In this document: piece after piece, positions 1 to 11,571 of the stretch
How positions within the stretch are numbered: position 1 is the stretch's first letter
Layout of the letters: each line of letters starts with the position of its first letter
NCBI GenBank assembly: GCA_023920165.1
Contig: CP089276.1
Location: forward strand, 4,464,001 to 4,528,000
Length of the DNA stretch: 64,000 nt
Direction: 5' to 3'
Origin: Curvularia clavata
Lineage: Eukaryota
Notes under the pieces: model-generated
What the model was told of the DNA's origin: nothing
What the model saw: the letters and a program-made list of their open reading frames with translations, nothing else
The model's database searches: none
Made by a program: the position numbers and the translations under genes

Positions 1-835
1 ACTGAACTCGCGGAGTCTCGAGTAAGTCACGCTTTGTCATGAAAGTGGTTTTGTTTCTCATCATCCTTCTAGTTCGTAGGATTTGCATCCAACCCTAGAA
101 CTACAGTAGCGCTCTATGCGATGGATACCGATCCTTGCACTGGCAAGGTGACAGACCGGATCGTCGCGACCATGGGTCTTCGTGGTGGCCGTAACGAGCA
201 AAACAAATTCGAGTATCGATCAGACATGTTGGGCGGCTATGCAAGGGAGTATCGGGTTGTTGCGGAGATCAATGGTGTCCCCAAAACACGCACAACCAAG
301 AATGGGCTTTTGGCAGGCACCTATGTCCAGCCAATCAATGTGTGGGTCCACGCGGAGCAGGTCATTCCGGGCACAGCTCCGCCTGCGAACGATTTCAGTC
401 AAATGACCTGGCTGACCAATGGTATTGGAGTCGATGAGAGCGGAAACCTCTGGGGTCCCTTGGATCCTTTCCCACAGACTGGTGTCTTCATTGACCCACC
501 ACAGTGTGGCCCCGTGAGCCAACTGAGGTTCGAGGGTGATAACTTGAACACTACCTGGGCTCCATCTTGTAAGTGCAATTCCTCACTGTCCTTGTGACTC
601 ACATACAGGGTCATGCTAATAGATTGTTACTTTAGCGCAACTCTTGAACAACTCAACAGCACCTTCTAATGTCACCACACCTGCAACCAATGTCACTGTC
701 GACACGGCGGCTACCAACAGTGTCACCCCTCTTGCCATGAGACGTGGGGTTCCCAACGTTCGCTGGCTCTCTCGAGCTCGGCTGGATGCTGAGACAATCC
801 CTGAGGGCGATACAGTGATTGCCAAGGCAGACTAG
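1..835 (+). CDS. 3' part of an uncharacterised protein (runs off the window edge); exons <1-21, 73-568, 636-835
   Basis: GTAAGT..TAG introns at 22-72 and 569-635 join ORF 121..597 (…YVQPINVWVHAEQVIPG…GPLDPFP) in frame to ORF 644..835, which has a Ser/Thr/Asn-rich tail. Family not recognised. Confidence 0.7.
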
Positions 836-1729
836 AGGAGGAGATCGGAGATAGGCACCAAACAGGTCAACTCGACAACGCTGTCAATAGTCAGGGTGCA
901 GATAACTAAGGCCTTAGCAATCAAAACCCTTTAGTGCATCCATGATTTGTGAAAAAACTTTTCAGCAAAGACTATCAATGTGATCGATGATGAACATCCT
1001 GGATACAGACGTCATAGGTGCACCCTCATAAATGAGAGCCGTGAAGTAAATCGCGCCTAGCAGAGGGTTCAAGTGGAGTAAGGCAGAAGTTTCCGCGTGA
1101 TGAAAGAAACCCTGTATGATCGTGATGGATTGAGCTGGTGCGGAGCCGAAGTATGCCAGCAGTGGTGCTTTTAATCTGCATGGCCTTGCCTCGGCCTTAG
1201 AAATCCAACCTAGATTAGGTCAAGCTTCCTTGTCCTCAGCGCTGTAAATGTCCTGTATCTCGCCCATAAAGACAAGAGATTCTCATGATGTTGGGTACTT
1301 TGTGTAAAGGTCGCGATAGAGAATATTTGTCGGCACATGGTAGCGATCTTGACAGATTGGACAGACATTTTTCACGTCCTAGACTGTTGTTACATTTCTA
1401 TTTTCAGTTCATCTGCAAATGGATCAGTTGTGTTTGTCACAATGCGATATACTGCACATATGGCTAAGACAGAACCTTAAGTGATATTGCTATTTCTTGC
1501 TCAAAGAGAGAACGACTACACCGGGATGACAAGCAGAACTCAGGCACTAGGTAAAGGACGAGACGTCGCTGGTGAGAAACATCCGCGACGTAATTTCACC
1601 TACCAGTAGATATAGAAACCTCTTTCTCCTAGTTTCTACTCTTCCTCTTCACTTCCACTATTTCTCACGACCTGTATCATCCTTCCTGATTTTTACTATC
1701 TCTACGCCAAGATACCCAAAGCCAACAAG

Positions 1730-3055
1730 ATGATTGACTCAATGAACAACTTCATTCCTGATTCGCTCGGTATTAACGACGTCATGAATGAATCTCTTCC
1801 CAGTGGTGCGCCCACCATAGAGAATCAAGAGCACAGAAGCAACTCTTCTATCTCGGAACAAGACTCTTTCGCGCCCCACCCAGCCGGGAGGAAGACCATT
1901 GAGCTTGATCAACAAGGACTAAAGGCTCGTTTGGAGTACCTAGACAAGCTTCTTGCGGTTTCTCAGGCTGTCACCGAAATTACCAGGATCCAGGTTAAAA
2001 AGAACCCAGAAAACATAAGAGCAGCAGCTGATCTCAACATTCGTCACACAATCACCATCAGAATGGCGATTAAGGAGCTTGCAGATGACATTGGACTCGA
2101 AATGACACAATCGAAGTTCGAACGTGACCAGTTGCCAGAATTTCAATTAGAGATTCAAAAAGGATTCCCTTTGACCAAAGTTCTCGGGAAGGAAAGTGAG
2201 CCTCTCGAACCCGGGGCGCTCGACGAAAAGCTAGAGTGGGATATTAATTGCGGCGTGGCGGTCAAGATCCCGGAACACAACAAACCAAAGACCACAAACC
2301 TTCTTGTCAAACCCATGTCCATCTTGAACAAGCTGAGCAGCACAAGCAACACTTCTAGGGATAATACTGCGACAACAACCAGGGCCGTTCGACCATCGCA
2401 GTTGACGAAGACAGCTCTCGTCCGGGACCACAAAGCAGTCAGATGGGAGAAGTTCCGAGACAGAGAAGATATCTATTATGTGCTTGAAGCTACAAAACAA
2501 GCGAAGGACGAGAGCGCCAAAAAGTCAAAAACAATCTCAGACGGCCACATCATTCCAGAATCCGCTATCACCGAGAAGCATGGAATACCAGTGCCTGAGA
2601 GTATGAAGGCCTGGAAGTGCAAATCATTCCACCTAATTCGGGACGGTGCAGGTCTGGATGCATACATGGACAGCGCTTACAAAACTTGCGTCCTTTGCGA
2701 GAAATCCAGAGGCAAGGACACGAGTTCGCATGGCGTGACCATGGACTTTGGGTTCTCCACCACCATGGTCGTTTTGCAGATCAGAAAGGATGTCCAGAGA
2801 AACGGCGCTACGCTCGTGTGGGCTGGCGCTACAAGATCCACGAGGATAAAGGATAAGACTGGAGGCTGTATCACTTTGGTGCAGGGAGATGTAATCCGGG
2901 AGGATCTTGATAAGATCCCAAGAAAGCAGGTTCTCGGTAGATATCCCGCTGACCTCGAGGACATCGAGAAGCCGAAGAAGAGAGTTCGACTTTCTACTGG
3001 AAACGAGCATGTTGGCGAAGCGGATGACTCAGTCCTGAAGGCATGGGCCAGTTAG
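1730..3055 (+). CDS. hypothetical 441-aa protein, intronless, charged
   Basis: Long ATG-initiated ORF preceded by a pyrimidine-rich leader (1620-1700). No recognisable domain. Confidence 0.65.
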   Translation: MIDSMNNFIPDSLGINDVMNESLPSGAPTIENQEHRSNSSISEQDSFAPHPAGRKTIELDQQGLKARLEYLDKLLAVSQAVTEITRIQVKKNPENIRAAADLNIRHTITIRMAIKELADDIGLEMTQSKFERDQLPEFQLEIQKGFPLTKVLGKESEPLEPGALDEKLEWDINCGVAVKIPEHNKPKTTNLLVKPMSILNKLSSTSNTSRDNTATTTRAVRPSQLTKTALVRDHKAVRWEKFRDREDIYYVLEATKQAKDESAKKSKTISDGHIIPESAITEKHGIPVPESMKAWKCKSFHLIRDGAGLDAYMDSAYKTCVLCEKSRGKDTSSHGVTMDFGFSTTMVVLQIRKDVQRNGATLVWAGATRSTRIKDKTGGCITLVQGDVIREDLDKIPRKQVLGRYPADLEDIEKPKKRVRLSTGNEHVGEADDSVLKAWAS

Positions 3056-3735
3056 GGTGGTATCCTGAAGTCAGGATCTTCATAACGCAAAGAGACGTGA
3101 CGAGTCCGGACAACGTAGCAGACTAGGAAACTGGAAGATTGAAAATTTTGATTAGTGTATTCGCTTTTCCGGGGTAGTATGGCTGAGCGGCAGGTTTCGA
3201 TATGGGTAGTGAAACAATTTCAGATATACCAGGCAAATACAACCATCTTTCAATATCTTATCATCGGGCGGCCCTTCTCTCATCAGCATTAATAACAGTC
3301 TTTATAAAAAGAAAAAGAAAACTATAGCGAGCACCAAACCGCACGATACAGTCCAGACCAGTAATCTGATTCGAGAAGATAGAACCTGCACAATCAATTG
3401 TCTTTCTACCTTGCTCTATCATCTGATACACTGCCTCATCCCTTCATGATATCACATACCACGCCTTTTTCTTTGCCATGGTGCTTGAGGCTCTCCCTTC
3501 TGTAGCTACCAAATAGATTGTACTGTCCATTTCCGTTCCAAAATGACGTTAACATCCGTGTCCCCCCAAACTCCAAAAGCCAAGTAATGATGACCCCAGC
3601 AATGAATCACTGCTTCACGTGAAGTAGATGGCCCTGAAACATCGGGCGTGGTGGTTGCTCTTTGAACTCCTTATTATTTTTTTCTCATTTGTGATATTAC
3701 AAGCCGGGTAGGTTTTCGCAGTCGCAGCACTGAAT

Positions 3736-5910
3736 CTAAACGCTGTTGACCTTCAAACCATCGACGCCGTTTGCGATACCGTCGGCCCCAAGGTCATTCT
3801 TCGGGCCGTTCTGATAATCGCGCGTGATTTCATCCAGCATACCCGCACTCGCCGCAACGAAGCCCAAGTAGGGCCTGCTTGGGTCCAAGACACGGGAGAG
3901 GTACTCTGGGTGGAATTGAACGCCGACAAACCAAGGGTGATCCTTGATCTCGATGACTTCCATGCGGACGCCGGCTTCATCTTTACCAACAAAGCTCAAA
4001 CCGCCCTTCTCGAGGGTTTCAATATAGTCGGGGTTGACTTCGTAGCGGTGACGGTGGCGTTCTAGGATTTCGCCTTTACCGGCATACAACGCACGGAGAC
4101 GAGACCATTCGCTGCCAGGCTGGAACAATGTTGGGCGGAGACCCAGACGCATCGACGCACCCATGGTGGTCTTGTCAACCTCTGGCATGAACATGATGAG
4201 CTTGTTCTGAGCCTCACCATTGAACTCCTCCGAGGTAGCATCCTTGATACCACAGACGTTGCGGGCATACTCAATAACAGCGATCTGCATACCCAGGCAA
4301 ACACCCAGGTACGGTTTCTTGTTCTCACGCGCCCAAGTGGCCGCTGCGATCATGCCCTCAGTCGCACGCTGACCGAAGCCACCAGGAACCAGAATGCCCG
4401 AGGCTTTGACAACCTCATGCCATGCATTATGGAATTTAGCAGGGTCTGACTGCTGACACTTTGGCTCCAGGTGATCCGAGTCGACCCAGCGAATGTCCAG
4501 CTTCTTCCTGCACCTCATCGTAGCGTGTTCCAACGCCTTGATGACGGAAAGGTATGAGTCTTGAAGCTCGACATACTTTCCGACAAGGGCAATCGTCACA
4601 GGGTCGTGATATCGTGTGTCGTGACCAGTAAGCGACTGCCATTGTGCCCAAGTATGGTTTCCTTTTTGCAACATTTGAGGAGAAATGTTGGCCTGGTCGA
4701 GGGCAAGGAACTGGCGAACCATGGGTATCAGCTTCTGCTGCTCCAGGAGCATGGGGACCTGGTAGATGGACGGCATGTCCCTGACCACAAGAACCTGTTC
4801 GTTCTCGACCTGGCAGAAATGGGCAATCTTTTCTACGGCAGAGGCATCGAGTTCGCGTTCGCAACGGCAGGCAATCTGGGATTGTTAGGCATGCATGCAA
4901 GCGCAGTAGCAGGGGTGTCTCTAAAAAGGCAAAAACATACCAAATCCGGAATCAGACCATTACTCCTCACCGCCTTGATTGCCTGTTGCGTAGGCTTTGT
5001 CTTTTGCTCTCCGTGAATGACCGGCACGTACGAAACATGGATCTGCATGAAGTTGTTCTTTCCCGCACGTCTCCTCAGCTGGCTCATGGCCTCAACAAAA
5101 GGCATGCTCTCAATATCACCAACAGTGCCACCCAATTCAATTATGCAGACATCAGGCTCCTCGCCCGAGTCATCGACCGGGATGCGTGCGACCCTCTGGA
5201 TCCATTCTTGAATTGCATCAGTGATGTGGGGTACGACTTGTACGGTTTTACCCAGGTAGTCGCCCTTGCGCTCGCGCTCAATGACGTGCTGGTAGATCTT
5301 GCCCGTGGTGATGTTGTTATCGCGTGTTAGAGTAATGTTGAGGTAACGCTCGTAGTTGCCGAGATCGAGGTCGACTTCACCGCCATCGGAGAGGACGAAG
5401 ACTTCGCCATGCCTATATAAAATTTAGTCTTCTGGTAGCATACCAGTGGGTCGTGCTGAGGCGTACTCCTTCGGATTCATAGTCCCCGCATCGACATTGA
5501 GGTACGGGTCGACCTTGATCGACGAGACGTGCTGAGCCATCAGCATGAGCCGTAGACGCGCCAATCTGCTGTACTTATCTTGAGACCAATAGTCTTGAGT
5601 AATAGACCCGTCGACGATGCTGTATCACGTCGATTAGCCCTTGTCTACTGCCAGATGCCTGATAAAGCGGGGTTTCGCAAAAGGCCTCCGCATAGCATTT
5701 CAGAAGCTCATGTCCTGATCGAGGCCAGATCGTTTCCTCCAAGGACATGCTGAGCCGCTTCTGCGAGTGCAATGGTGGTAGCACTTGTTCAGAAGATCTT
5801 ACCTATGATACCCTGTTTTTACGGATTAGTGGTGATCAAAGGCGCGGCTACCTGCAGCTTACCTTCCCCACGCCGCTGATGACGCCGCCAGACACGAGCA
5901 CGTACTTCAT
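3736..5910 (-). CDS. URA7: CTP synthase; exons 5910-5863, 5812-5803, 5619-5579, 5528-5467, 5412-4941, 4875-3736
   Basis: Spliced product reads [78 protein letters not shown]…GGTVGDIES. The glutaminase domain has [17 protein letters not shown] and QFHPE. Confidence 0.97.
5529..5578 (-). other. non-canonical AT-AC spliceosomal intron (intron 3 of CTP synthase)
   Basis: GGT CTC AAG | ATAAGTAC…GCTGAT…CAGCAC | GTC TCG TCG ATC AAG. Removing these 50 nt restores the conserved GLKVSSIK exactly. The nearby GT donors I tested give frameshifts. Confidence 0.8.
5640..5795 (-). ncRNA. candidate structured RNA element inside CTP synthase intron 2
   Basis: Nested stems CAGAAGC/GCTTCTG, CATGTCCT/AGGACATG and GAGG/CCTC (5763-5701). 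A second hairpin ATGC..GCGG/CCGC..GCAT. Alternative pairings of the 5' part. Confidence 0.5.
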
Positions 5911-6522
5911 GATTGCTTGCAGTGCCTTGAATGTTTGTGGGGAAGGGGAGGGAAGAAAAGAAAATTCGAGATTTCACACGCGTGAAACTTGAAGAGAAAA
6001 TCGGGCGCTTGGGCCTCTTTGTTAGTGGGGCTAAGACTAGTAGTGCGCCCTTCCCCTCCGCCCTACGCAAGCTAACCATACACGTCACTCTTCATTGGTG
6101 TCCACGATGAGTTTGTCATACGTTTTGAAAATATGACTTCTATCGACCGTGAATAACAGGCTATGGAATGGTATCATGCCCTCTCATCACTGAATGCAAG
6201 TACAAAAAAAACGACTCGTCAAGTTGAGTCCCTTGAAGTTTCAACCTCCGCCATCAGCCATTTTGCGCAAACGCCGCATGAAACCGCCTTGCTACTACGA
6301 CTCACTATCACGGCACCACCGCTAGCTGTGAACCGAGATACAAAAGAGAAAAAACAACTATGAGTGAGAAATGCACATGTTTCATGGCGTCGTCAATATG
6401 CAAAATCGGTATCTGCGAAAAATGCTTCAGATATCCCCTAAAGGATCAGTACGCGCCGCCCGCTAGAAATAATGGTTATTCGAAAAAGCCAATCCGGAAA
6501 AAGGCAGGGTGGGTATTGAGCA

Positions 6523-8021
6523 TCACTCTCTTCGCCGCCTCTTAAACTCGTCTTCATCTGCGTTATCCTGCTCTTGGCTTGCTGTGAGTCGTTTACGTGC
6601 AAGTGCCTTCTCATTGCCCTTTTTGACTTGGATGTTGCAACCCTGCAGCTTCAATGCCCGGGTCAGAGCGCTACTCGGTCGCATACCGGGAAAGTCTTTG
6701 GCTGTGTAGACGGTGAAGACGTCGCTCAGGACTTCAGTCAAGATGGGCGAGAATCCTCCTACGTGCAGGTTCATAGGATCGATGCGCATAAGCACAAACC
6801 GAAGTCGGTATTTGCCGTGTGTGCGGCATGAAAGATCAGGGAAGCAGAAGAAACAGCCCTCGACATCGTGCTCGTCCTTGGCTACCGATGGCGAAGCCAC
6901 AAGCTGACCCATCAGCCGTCGTGTCGTGCGTCGGTCGGGTTGTATCAGTGCCGTTTCTTCGTTGGTCCCTTCGGCATTCCAAAGTGTACAGTGAACCACG
7001 TTGAGCGAGTAGCGCAGCTCTTCCTGTTCCGCAGCACCAGTTTTTGGGTCGGTCACTAGTAACTGGATGATGGGTGGAGGGTCAATTACCCTTCGGTCGC
7101 GTTCGCCAAATCCACACGCCCGGGCGGCAATGGGCTGTTGTCGTACGCGGAGCTCATAGTTGAGGTTGCTGCAAGTGGTCAGAAGATTCTTCACCGTGGT
7201 GTCCCCGGAAGCATGCACACTTACAGTTGCTCGTTGTAGACTGGCTGCGGTATGGAGCCTGGTAGTGGGACAGCCCGTGGTTGTTTTCGAGATGGGGGAG
7301 CAGCTTTCGAGGGCTCCGAGTAAGCAACCGGGCCCAAGGGTGCTCCAACGGAACCTCGATGGGATTGCGCATGTTGCTGGGAGCCTACGGATCCGCGGAA
7401 CGGTGTGCTGCTTGATGCGTAGCTAGGAGTATATGCAGGCGACGGGAGTGGAGGGTAAGCTCTTTGGTGCGATGACTCTACTGGGGAAGCAAGAGACGAA
7501 TACCCTTGTTCGGGATGCACTGCATGGCGTTGAAAGGGGCGATGCTCCTCATAGGAATATCGCTGTTCGGTCAGTCTCCGAGGACCTCTACTGTCGTATT
7601 CCGAGCGTGGCGAAATGGGAGGTCCGTATTGCCGAGGAGAATAGGGTGGATCGGATCTGGGTGGGGTATATGGGTTGGATGGTTGTAACAGCTTGTCGAC
7701 TGGTGCTGCTGCTGCAGCAGTTGGTGGTGGTGGCGGTGGTGGCCTTTGTGCTGAAGGAGGTTGTGGGTAATCATGTCGTGGAGGTAGTCCAGAATGGATC
7801 GAGGGTAGTTGATTGATGGGTGAACGGAAATGGTGATCCGGCCGGGGTGGTACAGCGTCCGGCGGAATCTCTAGCGGGGGCAGGCGACGATGGGCGTAGT
7901 CGAGAAAGCCTGGTGGGGAGAAGACGGGAGGTTTCTGAGTCTCGGTCATGTCTGGAGACGGTCGAGAAGCAGTTGACAGAGGGAGCGACGGGGGAGGAGG
8001 AAGAGGAGGTGGTTGGGACAT
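6523..8021 (-). CDS. velC: velvet-domain regulator, VelC-type (Pro-rich N-terminus, C-terminal velvet domain); intron 7224-7169
   Basis: YELRVRQQPIAARACGFGERDRRVIDPPPIIQL…FFCFPDLSCRTHGKYRLRF…SDVFTVYTAKDFPGMRPSSALTRALKLQG is the velvet signature. A GTAAGT..CAG intron joins the two ORFs in frame. The start codon is uncertain. Confidence 0.88.
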
Positions 8022-9551
8022 GCGTGTATTGTTATTTGCCCGAACCAGGACACGATGCACGCAGCCGCATTTGGATCACGTTTGTGTTCAAATTGGAGGC
8101 TCTTTTCAGACTGGGAGCGTCCGGGCGTGGTGCAGAGTTGGACAGGACGTCAGGAATGCAGCATTGTCTCTAGTGTGGCGGCATGAGTGGTTTATAGTTG
8201 AAGAGCCCCTTGTAGGAAGCCCTGTACGTATCTGGATCGCCAGCAGCCAGATCGCCGCCCGGCTGCTTCAATTCAGTAATGGCGACGTTAAGGTGGATAG
8301 GCGCTCAGACACATTAAAACAACGGCCGCCCGGGAAGAGGGCAGGATGCAGACCGGGGCGGACCCGCAGGCACCCTAGTTCACTGGCAAGCCTCACGCCA
8401 ACCGTCAAGCGTAGCCGGCTCGGAGCATAAATTTCGACCAGGACAGCGATAAGTGCAGCGATGGATGCTGCGTGATGTGTGGATCCGAGCTTGGCGGATG
8501 GCTAGTTCGTGGACCCCCAGATTCTGACGTGTGGGCTGGAGCGAAGCCATGTGAAGGGCGGGCGGATGGCTTGCAGCTACCGCCTTGCCAGCGTCGAGAC
8601 GGAAGGTGCTGATGATGATGGTGGTTGTGGTTGTGGCGATGGTTGTACGTAAAGTGGTGGTTAGTCAGTTGAGCAGCGGCATAATGGTTGTATCATTCAT
8701 TCATCCAAGTAGTGGGATGATGTTTATTCATTCATCCATTTATTCATCCACTCTATCCCTCGACCCGCCCATGGATGCGTTCATTCAATCAGTCGCAACG
8801 TGTCTAGGATGATGCCGGACTAGCTGACGCATGTGGTCTCTGCGGGCCTCCACTCGCTTTCCACGACATGCAGCAGTGGGCTTTGGGAAGCATCCACGGG
8901 CCGGGATTTTTCTTTCTTCGTTTCTTTCTCTCTGTGTTTCTGGCCACTTGGCAGTGTTTTCGCGGGCTTCACCAAAAACAGGCTCGAGGCCGGGTAAAAA
9001 CAGAGACAAACAACGGCGTGCGGGTTCCGCAGGCCAGGTGATTTTGGAATCAGGGCTGGCCAGGGCGTCACACGCTGTAACGCGGCGGGCAGCCAATATG
9101 GAGCGACATGCCAAATATCACGTAGCCTGCTGGCTGGGGGGGTTAGGAGGGGGGCTGCGGCAGTGGTGTAGGGAGCGGAGGTAGCATTGCGAAGCGGGTG
9201 TGGGTGTGCCTAGACCACCTGTCTGCAACGCTGTTGCGAGGGTGGTGGGGGGGTAAGGGGAGGGGGACGGGTCGAATCGAACAGTTTAGTGCTCTCGGCC
9301 AGAGGGCTTGAGGAGCTTCATCTGTCAGAGACCAGGCCAGGATGCCCAATGGCAGGCCGGCGGGTTGCGGCTAAAAGCGATCTGCCCTGCGAGGCCTTTC
9401 CTGTCCGTCTCCGCGCTGGTCAGTGGGGTCTGCTGGCACGGTGAATGATGGGCTATAGTGCCGACCAGGGTGGAAACGGGTCTGCCCAATTCCGGGATTT
9501 TGGGAGAGTGGACGATGCAGAGGCGCACACTTTCTGCTCGACCGACCGAGA

Positions 9552-9602
9552 CATACATACATAATACATACATAATACATACATACTAGATATGTACGTA
9601 CA
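9552..9602. repeat. imperfect (TACA)n microsatellite
   Basis: catacatacataatacatacataatacatacatac. Confidence 0.85.
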
Positions 9603-10309
9603 TGTGCCCGTCTGACGCACATGGGCACGAATCACGCCGGCACAAGGCGTGGGCGGAAGATATCGAGGGGGCTGCGGCAGTTGGCCTCGCACTCTGGCAG
9701 TCGTTCTGCTGTCTGCTCTGGGTCGAGTGAGTGTGTCTTGTCCATCATGTTGCACTGACTGCAACCCTGGCACATGCCGCCCTTGGGGAGGGCCTAGCGC
9801 CAACACGTCGCTACAGTGGCATCGTGGAAGCGGTAGAGCCCCTAGGTGACGATTATTGCGGCGAGGACGTATCCAGCGTACCTGCGCTCACCCCGGCCTA
9901 GCCAAGTCCGCGCTGTGCGACGTTGAGCGGGCGCATTGCTGCTTTGACTCGATGGCCCTGTGCCGGCCCTGCACTCGATATTCTCGCTTCCAGACATGGC
10001 CTACCCCTCACCTGGCTTCATTCGACGCAACGACGACGACTAATCGGCTGGTTGGCTGGAATTGAGGGTCGAGGGCTGGTGGTTGATGAATGGGCTGGCT
10101 GGTTGATTAGAGTGAATGAGTGAGCAACAGAGAGCCACAGTGGGAGAGGGAGCGAGGAGAGGCCATGCGCCGTGCAGGCAACGATGGAAGGAAAGAGGCT
10201 TGGCGGGCGCCTTCCCTTTCCTTCGCTCGCTCGCTCGCACACACATCCTACTTTGTATTCATCCCAATCCATTGCATTCCCTTTCCGTCCTATACTCGTC
10301 TGCTATTGC

Positions 10310-10485
10310 ATCGTCTAGTCTCGTCTCGTCTCGTCCTGACTTGTATTGTATTGTATTGATTGATTGATTGCCTGGTCCCCTCTCGCCCGCCGCCTCGCCA
10401 CGTCTCGTCTCGCCGCCGCCTCGTCCCCTCATCTCATCTCCCATCTGCCCGCCATCCATCCATCCATCCATCCATTCATCCATCA
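10310..10485. repeat. compound microsatellite cluster: (TCGTC)n, (TTGTA)n, (TTGA)n, (CCAT)n
   Basis: Visible tandem units in the divergent velC/Bin3 intergenic region. Confidence 0.8.
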
Positions 10486-10611
10486 ACGACGTCGTCCTGC
10501 TCGACGTCGCATGAATCACGTCGCCACTTGTCCGCAACAGGCCACCCGCAAACCTGCCCGGCCGCGATCGACATCCCCGCCAAACACCGACCCTGGCTGT
10601 TCTCTGCCGCC

Positions 10612-11571
10612 ATGGCTGCCAGGTTTGGCAACTACCATGGTGCGTGCCATGCAGCCTTGCCCTGAACGGTTCCTCGCCCTTACTCGAACCGGCCGTTGCT
10701 CGGCACCGCCTGCCTCGGCTCGCCTTCGCTAACTCTTCCCTCGCTGCAGATTACTCTGGTGTCTCCAAACCCCCAGCCTCTGCCACTCACGTCGTGGATC
10801 CGCGACTGAAAATCCTCAATACGCTGATCCCCGACCTCTTCACCGCCAAGCACTGCCTCGACGTGGGCGCAAACGCGGGCACCGTCAGTGTGCAACTCGG
10901 TAAGTGCCCGTCTTCTAGGATACCCTGGCTGCAACCCCCAACCGACTATAGCAGCCATGTGCTTGATATTGATGCCAAACCTGCCTGCAGCCTTTGACTT
11001 TGACGCCGCCTCCGTGACCGGCATCGACATTGATCCCTCGCTCGTTGGCCAGGCCAGGAAGCTCTATGCTCTGCGCGCCTCCCGCCGTCGGCCCCCTACC
11101 GCTAGTTCGCCGCCCGTTGTCGACTACTTCCCAATCTCGGCCCTGCTCACCCATGGCTATCGCGTAGAGCCCCAAGCCAAGCCTACCCACCGGCCTCGCG
11201 TCAACTTCTTTGCTGCTGACTGGGCTCTGCCTACTGGCCAACCCGTCCAGCCCTCTTATGATGTGATCCTGGCTTTATCTGTCATCAAGTGGATCCATCT
11301 CGAGCATGGCGATGCAGGCCTGCTTGCCTTCTTTGCCAAGTGCAGCGCCTCGCTCAGGCAAGGCGGTTATCTTGCCATTGAGCTTCAGGAGTGGGATTCA
11401 TACCTCAAGGCCGTTCGTCCTAACCATGCACCACACTTCCAGCAATCCCTGAGGGAGCTAAAGTACCGCCCAGAAGACTCATTTGACCAGCTGCTCCGCG
11501 ACCAAGGCTTACATCTTTGCGCTTCTTCCCATGAATTACCTCGTCGCATCCTCGTCTACAGAAAAGCCTGA
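10612..11571 (+). CDS. Bin3/MePCE/Bmc1-family RNA methyltransferase; 2 introns (about 10640-10749 and 10900-10990)
   Basis: MAARFGNYH-DY…DPRL…CLDVGANAG (SAM motif I)…GIDIDPSLV…YDVILALSVIKWIHLEHGDAGL…ELQEWDSY are Bin3-family motifs. Confidence 0.88.

Noticed and set aside
5529..5578. U12 (minor spliceosome) interpretation of the AT-AC intron
   Set aside because: It lacks the ATATCCTT donor and the TCCTTAAC branch consensus; the signals are U2-type.
8100..10600. many short overlapping ORFs (also 11.7-14.5 kb, 20.5-23 kb, 32.3-33.7 kb, 48.8-50.1 kb)
   Set aside because: GC-rich or low-complexity intergenic DNA with Arg/Cys/Pro-biased translations, no domains and no coherent splice models.
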